From Octopus bimaculoides (taxonomy: Eukaryota): a stretch of DNA of 64,000 bases. Within the stretch, counting starts at the first letter, position 1. Each line of letters begins with the position of its first letter. A program made the position numbers and the translations under genes. Under the pieces are notes generated by a model. The model had not been told where the DNA came from, searched no databases, and worked only from the letters and a program-made list of their open reading frames with translations. Shown one piece after another: positions 36,901 to 50,243 of the stretch. The DNA lies in contig NC_068982.1 of assembly GCF_001194135.2 (NCBI RefSeq), forward strand, positions 153,334,399 to 153,398,398, read 5' to 3'.

Positions 36901-39125
36901 CAAGCCACTAAAAATGTCGTGAGCAGTGAAAAAAGAACTTTAACATACAGCCGACTAATTGTTTAAATCAGTACATTAAACAATCGATTAATTACTTGGT
37001 TTAGATGCTTAATCAATTAACAAATAATAAAGAAGTTGAATGAAACCCATGTGTGTGTTATTGTTATTGGTGTCATCACTCTTCGAACACAAAACAAAAT
37101 TTGTTTCAAAATACGAATTCACATCAGACCAAATACGAAAATGATCTCAAGAGAGAGATGACCGCATAAAGTAATATAATGATAGTTAAAAGAACCGGAG
37201 GTTCCACAGAAAGTTCCAAATGTAATGTTAGAAACTGAGGAATGCCGGTGTATGGGGCCTGACGTAGACATTGGAAGAGGTTGGTGATTAGTCACATGTG
37301 ATAAGATGCTATTTAATCTTGAAGCGGACAAAAGGGGAATGTTTTAAACGTGTGTCATAGCGCGTTATATGCATATGTAAAGATGAAGGTTTAAAAGTAT
37401 TGTGGCATTGGTTAGTGTGGATGTGGAAGATGTCAATATATGTGAACTTGCTTAAATGGTTGTTTGAATGTTTGTATTTGAGAAAGTGATTTCGTAAATG
37501 TAAGTGTACATTCATGCATAAAAGAAGACGGACTCAAGTGTTGGGAAGTGATGACTGAAGGGAGGTGTGCATGTATACATATATACACAGGAATATATAT
37601 GTACATGTATATAAATATATCTGTATGTACATACACATATATGTCTGTGCGTGAGTGGATACATGAATGCGTAGGCGTATGTGTACTGTGAAAGTATAAT
37701 CGTTTATGAGGACAATTTCAAGCCTTATCAATCAATTCAATGATCAGTCATGAGAAAGATAGCACAAGGTTTTCCTGTCCTTATTCCCATTTTTTAAAAC
37801 GTTCACCATGTTATAAAGAAGATGCCTTGAATTACAGACTAACTGTATATTTTAGATAACATATGGTTATGTGTCCTTATTAATATTTATATCTAAATAG
37901 ACGCATGCCATGTTAGGCCATATGAAAATTTCACCAACGTGCTAGGAAAATCATTTAAATATACTGTAAGTCACTAGATAGCTTGTGAAGGAAACAGATG
38001 GATGTATTGTACAATGTGAACTCTGATGTACAAACAAAATAATCGCGAATTCGAAGTCTTTCAAAGTAGGTCCATTGGACTGTTCCCCGAATTTCAGATG
38101 TATCCCACGTTCTTATGTACAACATGTCGTGGCATAGTATATCCCTCAATAATTTACAGAGAAGTAGAAGCTCCCTTACTTAATTTCGGAGATTAGTAGA
38201 GGAATGAGTTCTATGTATAGTGTCTAGATTTGAAACGAATAAATCTTAGCGCTTTTAACTACCGTAAGATAACCACATTGGCAAAATGTTCTTTATTATA
38301 TCTCTGCGAGGTGTTAGATACAGTGTAAAGAGAGATTGAACGTGAGTTTTCTTATAAATAATTGACTGGTTGAGAAAGTACATGTAAATATACACAACGA
38401 TTTTACAGCTATCAAAATTATGATTAATCTACATAACGGTAAATATGTGTTATAATAAATTTACAAGACAGTCTTACAATGATTATATATGGAATATCAA
38501 AATTATGGAGAAAAATGTTTTAAATCGTAAATCAAATATTAAAAATGCTAGTCAACGTATTGAAAGTTAAAGCTTCGACACGTTTTTAATTATCTAAATA
38601 AATTAGCACTAATTTAAAGATAATGTTTGAAGCAAATAAACGATACCATGTGAAAACTATAGACATAGTTTAATTATAATTTCGACACGAAATGCCAGAC
38701 AAAAATCAGATTAAATGGGTAATAACTGACATGAGTTTTATCATCTAGAATATAGACATCATTTGAAATTTTGATCAGATTTGACACAGAAAAGAAAATA
38801 TCTCCTTAATTTTAACAGAGATACAAACAGTCTACAAATTATTATTGTGCAGGAAAGATGGTAGCAGAAATCCTTACTCCGTAACTAAACATTTTGCATA
38901 GGTAAATATATACATATCAATACTCAGTAGTAATCTTTTATAAGTTCGATTAAGCAGGTAAGGAAGAAGAGTTTCTCGCTGTGGGTCTTCACAGTTTCTC
39001 ACTTAAATATTGTTGGTGTAAAACTTGGTGACGTGTAAGACAAGGGTTTAAAGAGCAAAAAATTGTGTGTGTGCTAACCTGTTTGTGTGTGCGTGTGTGT
39101 GTATGTATGTGTGTGTCTGTGTGCA

Positions 39126-39939
39126 CGAGATCTGATCAATAAGTATCCGGAGAGTTGCCATAGTGATAAAGCTAAAGCACGCAAAATGAAGCCGCTTGGC
39201 ACAGATTGACCTTGAATTCTGCTGTGCATGCGCACTATGTTTTAACGTTCTAGATCACTTCTGCTGTTTACAGAAGTGCTTGGAAGGAAGTTGTGTAGGG
39301 TGTGATCGTCGTATTGACCATAACAGAGAAAGTTGCCATGGCGTTACCTGCTCAGAGGCCTACGCAAAGTTGCAGAAAGTGTATGGAGAGGAGTGTATGT
39401 GCTGCACACGCGGGTACAAGTGGTTCAGCCGTTTCCAAGATGGCCGGATAAATGCCAATATTGGCGAACGTTCTGAGAGGCCCGGAACCAGTGGAAGTGA
39501 GAAAAACATCGCAAATGCGCGTGCAGCTGTAAGGGTAAATTGTCGAATCATCATCTGTAAGTTATCAGATGTGCAGATTAGTTATGGATCAGTTCAGTCC
39601 ATTATCACTGCTAAGTTTGTTCCCAAACTGCTTTCAGTTGACAAAAAAGACACTCGGGTTTTAGTTGCACAAAACCTTGATTGTGTCGAGAACGATAAAA
39701 ACGTTTTTGAAGACTTTGCGCAGGCCACTGAGCAGGTGTCACCAAGCTTTTAACAAAGTTTGATGCAGATTCTCAGTTCAACTTTCTCTGTTACGGTCAG
39801 TGCGAAGATCACACGCTACACACCTTCCTTCCAAGCACTGCTGTAAATAGCGGAAGTGAGCTTGAAAGGTAAAACTCTTCTGTGCACAGCAGAGTTCAAG
39901 GTCAGTCTGTTCCAAGCAGCTTCCCTCTGCGTGCTTTAG
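39126..39939 (+). mobile_element. Non-autonomous mariner derivative, copy 2, right TIR truncated
   Basis: CGAGATCTGATCAATAAGTATCCGG start. ORF 39196-39753 contains EAYAKLQKVYGEECM...WFSRFQDGR...AKFVPKLLS. The inverted arm stops at GTGCTTTAG. Confidence 0.87.
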
Positions 39940-40103
39940 AGAAAGCAAGAGAGAGAGATAATGAAAGGGTTATTTGCTTTTCCCCCAAAGATATCCAGGG
40001 AATCTTTCTTTGTATTTGCAGATCTTTGAGATCCATAGTTGTTCAAATATTCATCTCTGCCCATACATTTTCGCATGCACGTGTATGTGGTTGTGTGTAC
40101 ATA

Positions 40104-40160
40104 CGTGGTCTGATCAATAAGTATCAGAACTGTTGCTATAGTAATAAAAGAGTGGAGTTG
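40104..40160 (+). mobile_element. Solo left-TIR fragment of the same mariner family
   Basis: TA|CGTGGTCTGATCAATAAGTATCAGAACTGTTGCTATAGTAATAAAAG. Confidence 0.7.
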
Positions 40161-40457
40161 TGGAAGCATTAAACTACAAACCGTGACTACACCTGCTCAC
40201 CGTCAAAGAAGCGCTGCATATTTCGTGACCTCAGTGCATGGCTGCACATCAGTGGGTACAAAATACAGGTGTTGATAACAAATGGAGAGTCTTACTACTG
40301 GAACACCTCTCTTTCACAGAAAGTAGAAGTGTACGCGCTCCAGTTTAGTCAGACTTAAACTGGAGCAAAGCACGACGATTAGGACGTAGTATATAACGGA
40401 AGTGATGAATGCATTTGCTACCTCTCCCCGGCCTGATAATGATAATAATAATAGTTA

Positions 40458-40790
40458 CAGTACCAGACAATGGCTTTCATAGGTTCTGATTTTAACTGAT
40501 TGGAAGTGTTATGTAATGATTTGTCTTGGTGTAAAAGATAGGTTTCAGCAATTATTCAGCTCAGTAGTACAGATTTGTTGGTCAGTTGCTTGATTTAAGC
40601 AGTTGAACATGTTCCTAAGTGGTTGTCGATATGTGCATCTTTGATCACAAGTAGGAGTACAGAGTGAACATCATAGCTATGTATTGAGAGGAATTCTTTG
40701 AGATTTGAATAAATCACCCCCAGAAACATGGATATTTTGTTCATCATCCTTAAGCAACCGTTGTTCAGGGACCTTTTAGCAGGATAGACT
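40458..40790 (+). mobile_element. Diverged 5' part of unit U between (TAA)n tracts
   Basis: CAGTACCAGACAATGGCTTTCATAGGTTCTGATTTTAACTGATTGGAAGTGTTAT... aligns with ~41435-41775. Confidence 0.75.
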
Positions 40791-40805
40791 ATCTCAAAGT
40801 CACTT

Positions 40806-40862
<57 letters not shown>

Positions 40863-40864
<2 letters not shown>

Positions 40865-41230
40865 AAATAAGTAGATTCTGTCTCACCAGGTCAGAACGAG
40901 GTAGACCACCCACAGTGACATCAGCAGCTAGGAAAAACACCGAGGAGCGCTGCATTGGATGGAATGCACCTACCCACGACCCAGGGGATAATGTCCAGAT
41001 ACTGAAAATGGTTGAACATCTAGTTGTATCACCCTAGAGAACCATATAGCTAAATTCAATGAGAAGCTATATATGCAAGTCCAGTGGGCAGCCATCGGTG
41101 TCAGTGTGGTTGGTTGTTCACGTATGCACGTATGGTGTACCCTTATCAGATGGGTAGTCATGATTGGTATACTCGACTTCTTATATTTTACCCCAGTGTC
41201 ACTTTTATAGCATGCACTTCTCCCTCAGAC
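40863..41230 (+). mobile_element. TAA-flanked unit with a unique 5' part and the ~120-bp 3' tail of unit U
   Basis: GGTGTACCCTTATCAGATGGGTAGTCATGAT...TATTTTACCCCAGTGTCACTTT...GCATGCACT is shared with ~41884-41980. Confidence 0.7.
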
Positions 41231-41264
41231 AATGATGATGATGATGATGATAATAATAAAAATG

Positions 41265-41352
<88 letters not shown>

Positions 41353-41357
41353 TGATG

Positions 41358-41416
<59 letters not shown>

Positions 41417-41418
<2 letters not shown>

Positions 41419-41980
41419 TAAATGCCCGGATGCAGTACAGAGCAGGGGCTCTCATGGCTTCTGATCTTAATTGATTGGAAGTGTTATCACGTACATTGTT
41501 TTCTCTCGGTATAAAAGATGGGCTACAGCAAATATTCTGCTTAATACTACAGATTTGCTTGTCAGTTGTTTGACCATAACCAGTTGAGCATGTCCCTTGG
41601 TGGCTGACGATATGTGCGTCTCTGATCATGAGCAGAAGTAGTGGGGGAGCATCATTACCATGTGTTGAGAGGAATTCTTTGGGGTTTTTAAATAATTCAC
41701 CTTTGGAAACATGGGTGTTTTGCTCAACATCCTTAAACAATCCTTATTCAGGGACCTTTTTGAGCGGGATGGGCTATTTGACCTGAAGAAAATTCTAACT
41801 GGGCCCCACTTGCGAAGTCATACGCTGTTTATCTTGATAGGATATAACCATGTCACGCACATATGGTTTTGATTCACGTGCCTGGTGTACCCTTATCAGA
41901 TGGGTAGTCATGATGGGTAAAATGGGATTTGTATATTTTACCCCAGTGTCACTTTGATGGCATGCACTGCTCTCTCACTC
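41417..41980 (+). mobile_element. Complete ~560-bp non-coding unit U, flanked on both sides by (AAT)n
   Basis: No open plus-strand frame. Related copies lie at 15234 and 40458. It ends ...CTCTCTCACTC(AAT)n. Confidence 0.8.
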
Positions 41981-42026
<46 letters not shown>

Positions 42027-42030
42027 TATA

Positions 42031-43186
42031 CAACGCACAGAAGGTGGCAGGGGTCTTATACAGCTGGAAAACTATTGTAAAATAACCACCATCGGACTGC
42101 AAAAATACCTACTCCAGAAGCAAGGAAAACTAATACAAATAGCCACAAAACACGAGCAAAACAAAAAACTGTTTTCAGTATTTAAGGAAGCTGACAAATA
42201 CAAACAAGAAATCGTACTACCTAACAAATTCGAAGGCGAAGAAGAAGAAACAACAAAAGCTATAAAACAAATGAAATCCAAACTAAAACTAGAACAGCAA
42301 CGGACCATGATAAAACGATGGCAAGAAAAGCCCCTACATGGTAAATACTGGGCTAAACTAAATGCAAAAGAAATAGACAGAGAAAAATCCCAGCAATGGT
42401 TGAGAAGCTCAAGACTCAAAGCAGAGACTGAAGGATTTTTAATTGCTGCACAAGACCAAAGCCTCCCCACCAGAAATTACCAAAAAGATATCATGAAAAC
42501 AAACAGAACCAGTAACTGTAGAATATGTGGAGATGGACAAGAAACAATAAATCATATTATCTCTGGCTGCCCAGTCCTGGCTAAGAAGGAATGTATTCAC
42601 AGACACGACAAAGCTGGGACCTATATACACTAGAAGCTATGCCAACACTATGGAATAACAACAGAAAAAAGATGGTATAAACACACGCCAGAAAAGGTCA
42701 CAGAAAACGAGAAAGCAACCATACTCTGGGATATGCCAATACACACAGATAGAGGAATTAAGGCAAATAGACCAGATATAGTTTTCAAAGATCATGAAGA
42801 AAGATAATGATTTCTAATTGATGTATCAATACCAGCAGATGACAACGTTTCCCTAAAAGAAATGGAAAACCTTTCAAAATACAAAAACCTGGAAATAGAG
42901 GTAACTCGAATGTGAAATCTAAAAACAGAAACAATTCCTATCATAGTAGGTGCCTTAGGTATAATAAAAAAATATTCAGACAAATACATAACAAAAACAT
43001 CAGGACTTACAAATATATATAACATACAAAAAATTGCATTATTGGGCACTGCACACATCCTACGCAAAACACTTTCAATACAGTAACCATAAGAGCATCA
43101 CAGCAAACCACAGCACATATCCAAGGCACACAGAGCTGCGCTCGGTAGTGACGTGAAAGCACGTTATAAAAATAAAACTACTGAAC
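42031..43186 (+). mobile_element. R4/Dong-like LINE, family A, 5'-truncated (RT thumb, CCHC knuckle, REL endonuclease, 3'UTR)
   Basis: RTEGGRGLIQLE...KAETEGFLIAAQDQSLPTRNY...CRICGDGQETINHIISGC...NRPDIV...LIDVSIP...KYKNLEIE...IQKIALLGTAHILRKTLSIQ* (43086). It has few stops and is flanked by (AAT)n. Confidence 0.93.
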
Positions 43187-43289
43187 AATAATAATAATAA
43201 GAAATGTGTTATAATGTAGCTGAAAAGGGGTAAGTTACAGTCCGTAGTAGGGATAGAATAAGCTAATAGAGAATTGATTAGGCAAATTT

Positions 43290-44517
43290 GAAAGGATGGC
43301 TAGAAGTACCTTATAATGGAGAAGGACATGAAAGAGCAACTGTGGATGGAATATTTTCGAAGAGCGACAACATCACTTCAGTATGGATTTGGAAGTATAA
43401 AATGGCAAAAGAACTGATGAACATGTATGCGAAGATGAGAAAAATATTGACAGTAAATAGAGTCTTTCGCCCTATGAGTATCACCGATAAGCTGTACTTA
43501 TCCAGAAGAAACGGTGGGAAAGGTTTGATCAGTTTCCAGCATTGTAGCAAAGCAGAAGACAACAGCTTAGGGGAGTATGAAAAGAATACACAGGGACTAG
43601 TTTTGAAACATGTGATGAAGGTCGGCGTCATCAAAACTGATTGAGTTAAGAAAGAAAATCTTAAAGAGGACAACAACACAAAAAGAGAAACGGTATGGAA
43701 GACGAAAAAATGTACGATCAGTTTGCAAGAGATACGAACGCCAAGACAGATACAGAAGACCGGTGGGTATGACTGAGAAGTGACATCAAGATAGAGACAG
43801 AAGCACTTATATGCACAGCTTAAGAACTATGTGAAGTGCAGAATCAACAACACTACCGGCAGCAACAAATGCAGAATGTGTGGTGAGAGGGGTGAAACGG
43901 TATGACACATCGTTAGAGAATGCCCTGAAATTGGCACAACGCTAATAGAAAAGACAACATGACAACGGGGCAAGAATGAGCCATTGGGAGTTCTGTGGGA
44001 ATCACAGCCTACAAAGAGCAAAGACGTCGTATGAGCAAACTTCAGAAGGAGTTACCGAGAATGAAAATTCCAAAATCCTGTAGGATGCAATGATTCAGTC
44101 CGACCACCTGTCCAGACATCGGAAACCGAACATTGTTGTGGTGAATAAAAAAGAGAGAACTTGCATGATATTCGACATAGCATGTCCCTATAACAACAGG
44201 ATCAAAGAGAAAGAAGAATAACTGAACAACTATGGCGATTTGAAGTGGGATATACGAAGGTTGTGGTCAATGAAGAGAGTAGATGTGATACCAATAGAAA
44301 TTGGCGCACTTGGAAGTATCAGTACTCAAATATCAACATGGCTAAACATGATTGGTACAAATGTAAAGATCGTACAGCTACAAAAATCAACAATGCTTGA
44401 AATTGCAAGAATTCTCCACAGGGTTCTTGATGCATGACTAATAAAGTGTCACCTTAGTCTGCTGGCTGTGAACAGTTGCCCCTTTCCATCATACCCAGCA
44501 TAAGCTGTGAGTTTCAT
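43290..44517 (+). mobile_element. R4/Dong-like LINE, family B, 5'-truncated and more decayed
   Basis: KMRKILTVNRVF...DKLYLSRRNGGKGLIS, CRMCGERGETV*HIVRECP, RKPNIVVVNKKERTCMIFDIACP, VDVIPIEIGALG...ARILHRVLDA* (44437). Confidence 0.9.
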
Positions 44518-44530
44518 TAAATATTAATAA

Positions 44531-44748
44531 TAATGGTTTCAAAATTTGGCTCTAGGCCAGTACGTCTGAGGTAAAGAGTCGCTTGATAACATCGATCCCA
44601 GTAATCATCTGATACTTGTCTTATCGACCCAAAAATGATGAAGAGGAAAGTTGTCCTCGGCGGAATTTGAACTCAGAACGCAAAGACGGACGAAATGCCA
44701 CCAAACAATTTACAAGGCATGCAATTGAATCTGCCAGCGCACTGCCTT
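44531..44748 (-). mobile_element. tRNA-derived SINE, family 2, followed by (GAT)n
   Basis: Reverse complement AAGGCAGTGCGCTGGCAGATTC...GTTCTGAGTTCAAATTCCGCCGAGGAC...GGGTCGATAAG. Confidence 0.78.
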
Positions 44749-44759
44749 AATAATGATAT

Positions 44760-44813
<54 letters not shown>

Positions 44814-45292
44814 CGATGATGATTATGATGATGATCCAGTCTATAATACATTTGTATATATACGTTTTATCTCTACCTATTCGAAGGAATATGCTAAAAA
44901 CACAAGAGAGAAATCGATTGAAATGTAAGAGATGGAAGATTAAGGGGGAAATTGGACAAGTAAGTGAGGGGGAAATGTAAGCAAAACATAAAAAGACATT
45001 TAGATGGAGTGAGAGATACTAATTGAGAATAATATTTACAACATTATACAATTTGGCATACGTTCAGTTTTCAACAGCGTTTTATGTTTCGTAATATGTC
45101 ACAGGTTGCAATTAAATACCATATTTACATTTTGTAGTCTTATACAGGTTGTAGTATAAAGTGATATTTATGTTCGACAATGCAATATTACATAGCATAA
45201 TATGATGCTGCAGTATTTTAGAGCGTCATTAATAATCTTTCATAATTTATTAGAGTTTCTATTTACAGCAATGTATGTATGCATATATGTAT

Positions 45293-45356
45293 GTGCGCTT
45301 GCGTGTGCGCTTGCGTGTGCGCTTGCGTGTGCGCTTGCGTGTGCGCTTGCGTGTGC
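45293..45356. repeat. 12-bp minisatellite (GCGTGTGCGCTT)x~5
   Basis: Direct tandem units are visible. Confidence 0.9.
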
Positions 45357-46619
45357 GTGTGTATGTGTGTGTATGTTCGTTTGTGTGTATGTCTATATGC
45401 ATTTTACTCTATTTTAGAGAATGAAATTTACAACATTTATACATTGTTGGAAAATGACACCGATTTTACAATAACATTTACATATAATACAGATTGAAGT
45501 TTAAAACATATTTTGAACATTCTTCTCATATGTTATGTTTCAGTAAACATCAAGTCAACCTAACATTTTAGCTTGAGATGTTAAATGTGCATTTAATATA
45601 ACAGCTCTTTATGAACATATCCTGTGTATGTTTTAAGAGACTGTAAAACACAGACATTCTGTTATAAATAAAGGTTCATTTGAAGGGGACCTTGGTCTGA
45701 TTTGCAACGGTATCACCATCGAATATTTTACAGCTTGATATACATATAGCAGTGCTAACAACTAGAGCATTGCGCCTTGCTAAATGATGCTGCACATTTG
45801 AAGACTTCCAGCAAATATGACCAATCAACTAAAACCGGCACCTGATACTTCATCGACACTGTACCATTCGTTGCTCGTTAGGCATAGTTTGATGAGGAAA
45901 CTTGAAAAACCACTTTGTCTTAATAGACTTTCCCAAATGAAAACACGCCGACTGGTTTGAAGAAAAGAATGTAAAGACAGAACAACAAGTGCCGCCCGAA
46001 AGGCAAAGGTATCATCAAGTCATTTTCAGTAAGCAAAGTAAAAGATACCTCTTGACTTAAAGACGCAGATACCTCACTCGATAGAGAATTGTGGCATCTA
46101 AAATACTGATGATAAACCAACAAGACAAAGGAAACTCAGGCTCTTGTTGACTCTCATAACATGAACATCTGTTGTCCCAGAGAAGTGCACTTTACTCAGA
46201 GACGTAGAAACGTACGAATGAGAAATAACCCTGAAGTCGGACAAATTTAAGCGACGTGAGGAAAGGTTTAGGGTCCTATGAAATCACTCCTTATCACATT
46301 TTAGCAAAGCTTCAGATTATATCCCGCAATTTCTGTAAAACATGAGTTTGAATCTACTACCGAATATAGATGTGTGAGATAAAATCAGGGAAGACGCCTG
46401 GTGTTGACAGTAAATCTGTAGAAGTCTATAGATATAGCGAGAAAGAATTGTACTGTAGATCCCAGATTCAACAGACAATTGACGCCGTACAGTATCTTCT
46501 ATTACCAATCTAAGAATAGTCATCATTTATAAGCATAGGGGCAAACCACAGTAATTTAACTACCTAATTTCAATATGCGGTGTCATATTTCAGATATCTT
46601 TCACTTTAAACTTAGAACT

Positions 46620-47080
46620 TAAAACAGCAGATCATCACCATGTCAAGATAGCCAGATATATTGTGGGAAAATTCACATATTTAGGTAATATGTTTTCTGA
46701 AGATAGCAACTCGACAACGTTATTAATCGCTTCAACAGCCAGCGTCGGTCGTTTTCAGGAAGCTCAATGATTGATCGTGAAAGCACTGTGATACTATGGT
46801 GTCAATATATGTAAAAGCTGAAGAAATTACAATTTTTCCTCCTTTGATCTATAATGAATATTGCTTGGCGAGACCACATCTCTAGGCATGAGGTGCTTGG
46901 CATGAGGTGCTTGGCATGCTATTAAGAATAGTGTTACGTGTATCCTGATGGAATTTGTATGGAGGACAATATGATTCCCAAAGGTCAGTTTTACAGCGAG
47001 CTAAAATGTAGAAGCTGTCACAGAGAGAGCCTGAAATTCCATTATAAGAAAGTTATTGAGCCTCTTAGTACGACCTGCCA
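46620..47080 (+). mobile_element. Heavily decayed RTE-type LINE fragment
   Basis: Remnants KFTYLG, SIMNIAWRDHIS.HEVL, IPK.QFYSELK and KFHYK occur in RTE order. It includes a 14-bp tandem duplication GGCATGAGGTGCTT. Confidence 0.5.
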
Positions 47081-50000
47081 AGGATAAAAAATGACACAAA
47101 TGCATTTAAATGGAACTAAATGTATGTTTTAGTTTTCCAGTATGTAATACCGAAAGATTAGCGCTTTAGGTTAACGTATATCATGTCCATGATCTCTGAC
47201 TGCAATGACGTCTGCAGCATAATTCACCTTACAAGAGATTTTAAACTGTATTACTTAGCTGCAGAGTTTTTCGGAGTTGAGTTGAAAGGGAGTATAAGGA
47301 CTTTCTCGCAAACACTCTGTGTAATCGTTGTTCTTTGTGAAGGTTGGAAAATTACCTTCAACACATCGTGTTGCAATGATATTTATATCTAAATCCTCAT
47401 CTTTACTGGCAGTTCCATTTTGTGTCTGAAGCAACTAGGAACTAAATGCTGCATTCTTGTTTCTAGAGTAGGTAGTGTTTGTACCTATTATTCATAGAGC
47501 ATTTACATAGAATATTGACGATTCATTTTCCCCATGAGAACAGTTTTTCATCAATCTTTCAAGTTTTGAGGATGTACACATTGAGACCGAGTGACTACAA
47601 TCTTTAGCAAATGAGCAGCAATGACCATTATTACTTAGAACGGTAGGTGCACGTCACGTATTTTGCAATATCCTATAAGTTTATACTATAGGTGCGTTTT
47701 ATCTTACAAGCACCGTAGCGTTCAGGAAAATATTTGTTCATTCAGACTTTGCTGTTTTATATCACAAAGAGCAGAATTTTGCACAAGAACCTCATTGGTT
47801 CATCATTAAAGAACCCTAAGTGTAGACAACGAACAAAGAGTTTCTTCAATTTCATGTACTGCATTGTTATTATCTTCTTCGTTTCGTCCGTCCTATTTTA
47901 AGAAATATGGAATAAAAATCTGCCCAGATTGTGACATATCAACAGAGATTAGTTCACGTATAACGGTGAGGAAATTTCTTGTAGAGGCTTCGTAATATGT
48001 ACCCTTCTGATATATATCGCATCTTTTGCTGATGTTTTCTGCTTTCGGTTGAAGGTTTATAAATATGTGAAATATGTTGAAAGATAGGAAACCCCTTTTC
48101 ATGCAATAATGATATTTTGGAGTGAAATACATCAGTTCTTTTTTTCACGGGGTGGGAGAGTATACTGCATATATTCTAATAATGATGTTATCATCTTCAC
48201 GTAATATGTCTCCTTGCCGATGTCTTTATCTCAAAGATATAACGGTGGGGGCCTGGGATTTACACTCTGGGGGTACCTCTAGGTGCTTTATAAGTTTAAT
48301 TTAATATGGACCATTTAGTTCACCATCAAGGATATTTTCGCTTTTGCGCTTGCTAACATGCACCTCTTTCATCTCTATATTGAAAGTATGATATTGATGT
48401 TGATGTTCAATATGTACGAAATACGAAACACAAGAAACACGAAGAACAATATGTAATAATTCATGAATTTGGAATTTCTGCAACCGCCATATTATTCTAG
48501 AGTATATGCATGAAGAAAGTTCTAACGCTGTGTTGAATCATCATAAATAAAACCATTAACTTCTTATAATTGTATTTGCGCACAGTTGTATTCTTTATAC
48601 ATGTGCTTAAAGATATATTCCGAAGAGTTTATAGAAGTATAAATCATAGTTATAGTTGCACGTGAGATATTTATTGTCTCATCTCTGAAGCCATTAGGAA
48701 ATCTCTTGGAGCATTTATTGTTCTATGTACATGATGCATTAGTCTTTGCTTCACGACAGGTTTCATCAATCTGACATATTAGAATATCGGAAAGAGATGG
48801 CTCTGATACGGAATTCGAGGTCCCTATGTACGCAATGTTATAAACTTCATTAGCTTCATTGAACAACATTCGTTTTGTAATGTGAATGGCAAATGAGAAT
48901 AACGTGAGTCTTGGTTTTAAAATTCCATGGCATAAAAGGATACTTGGGAAAAAACCCAATTGACTATATTATGAATATATCTTCAGATAATGAATTACGT
49001 TTATATTTATGTTGATATCATGGTAATAGAATACCAGGGTTTACATATTATGATATCATTTGTGTTACCTGGAGACAATGTTCTTTCATATTGTAATGTA
49101 ATATCTAAAATGAAGGTTGCAATATCAATATGCGACCAATTTGTATTACTCTATTTTTAGTATTTGTAAAATGATCAGTAAGGCAAATGTAATTTTCAAC
49201 TCTCAGTCGACTCTGGACATATCTGACGTAATGCAATTGATTAGGTCCCACCTGTAAAATGGTTGCCCTTGACATGATCTGTAATCGTGTATTGTAATAT
49301 TGTAATATTTTTGTGGTACGTTAGAACATTATTTCAAACATAATTCTCCATTTTCTGTCATAAATTAGCCATCAGTTTACCGTCTTTGTTCGTCATATGA
49401 ATAAAAAAAGAATATTGCTTATGAAGCCTTTGATTTGGGCTTATAATATATTTTAAATATTGTTCATCTAGATTAGTTTGGTAAATGCAAAATGCTATCT
49501 CAAATAATGGCATACCGTCAACATTTCTTGACACCTTTAACATCTCGTTTACTGTTGGCACATTTTAACGTCTTTCATCTCTAATTATTTATTCTCAATA
49601 GAACGATCTCTTTTTAGTACCAATGATATCAAAAGAAAGACCATTGTTGTTACATGTGTTGCTCCTAAAATTGGAATAATCAAGATGACCTTACAGGCGA
49701 ATAATGTTTCAGTTTTCGCAGTTTGGATATCTGAAATATATACCGTCGCAGAATCTCTCACTATGAAAATATTTTGCACCTCAAAACTCAAACAAAGGAT
49801 CACAACGGGGGCCATATGGCTCCCCGGGGAGCCATTTGGAGCTCGAGGGTGTGCGTTTTGAAGCAAATGGACACTAGTGGGGTGTTAAGAGACTTGAGGG
49901 CCCTGAAAGACCCTCGTTTTTGGTAAGTTTAATTTGAAATTAACGAGTTTTCACATCTCTGCGACAGTCAGTTTAAAAAAAAAAACATGCCTTTTTTGTT

Positions 50001-50173
50001 TGAAATTCTCAAAAACTTAAAAAACACTTCTTCCACTTTGACGATGTGTACCATGTGTAACTAGTGTCGCGAAAGTGAAACCCCCAAAACAAAAGCAAAA
50101 ACTAAAAACAGATGAATAGTGACAGGTGGTTAAAGAAAACAATGTAATGAATAAAAGCGAAAAGCTGAATGTG

Positions 50174-50243
<70 letters not shown>

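Noticed and set aside
41225-41740. 171-aa minus-strand ORF
   Set aside because: It is the antisense of non-coding unit U extended by an (ATT)n run, and the frame is not kept in the other U copies.
49060-49735. Two 36-nt phase-1 micro-exon candidates on - (DIQTAKTETLFA, DITLQYERTLSP), plus a similar 39-nt one near 20210-20250
   Set aside because: Splice-like pairs this short are expected several times by chance in 64 kb of AT-rich DNA, and the peptides are unrecognised. Junction reads would be needed.
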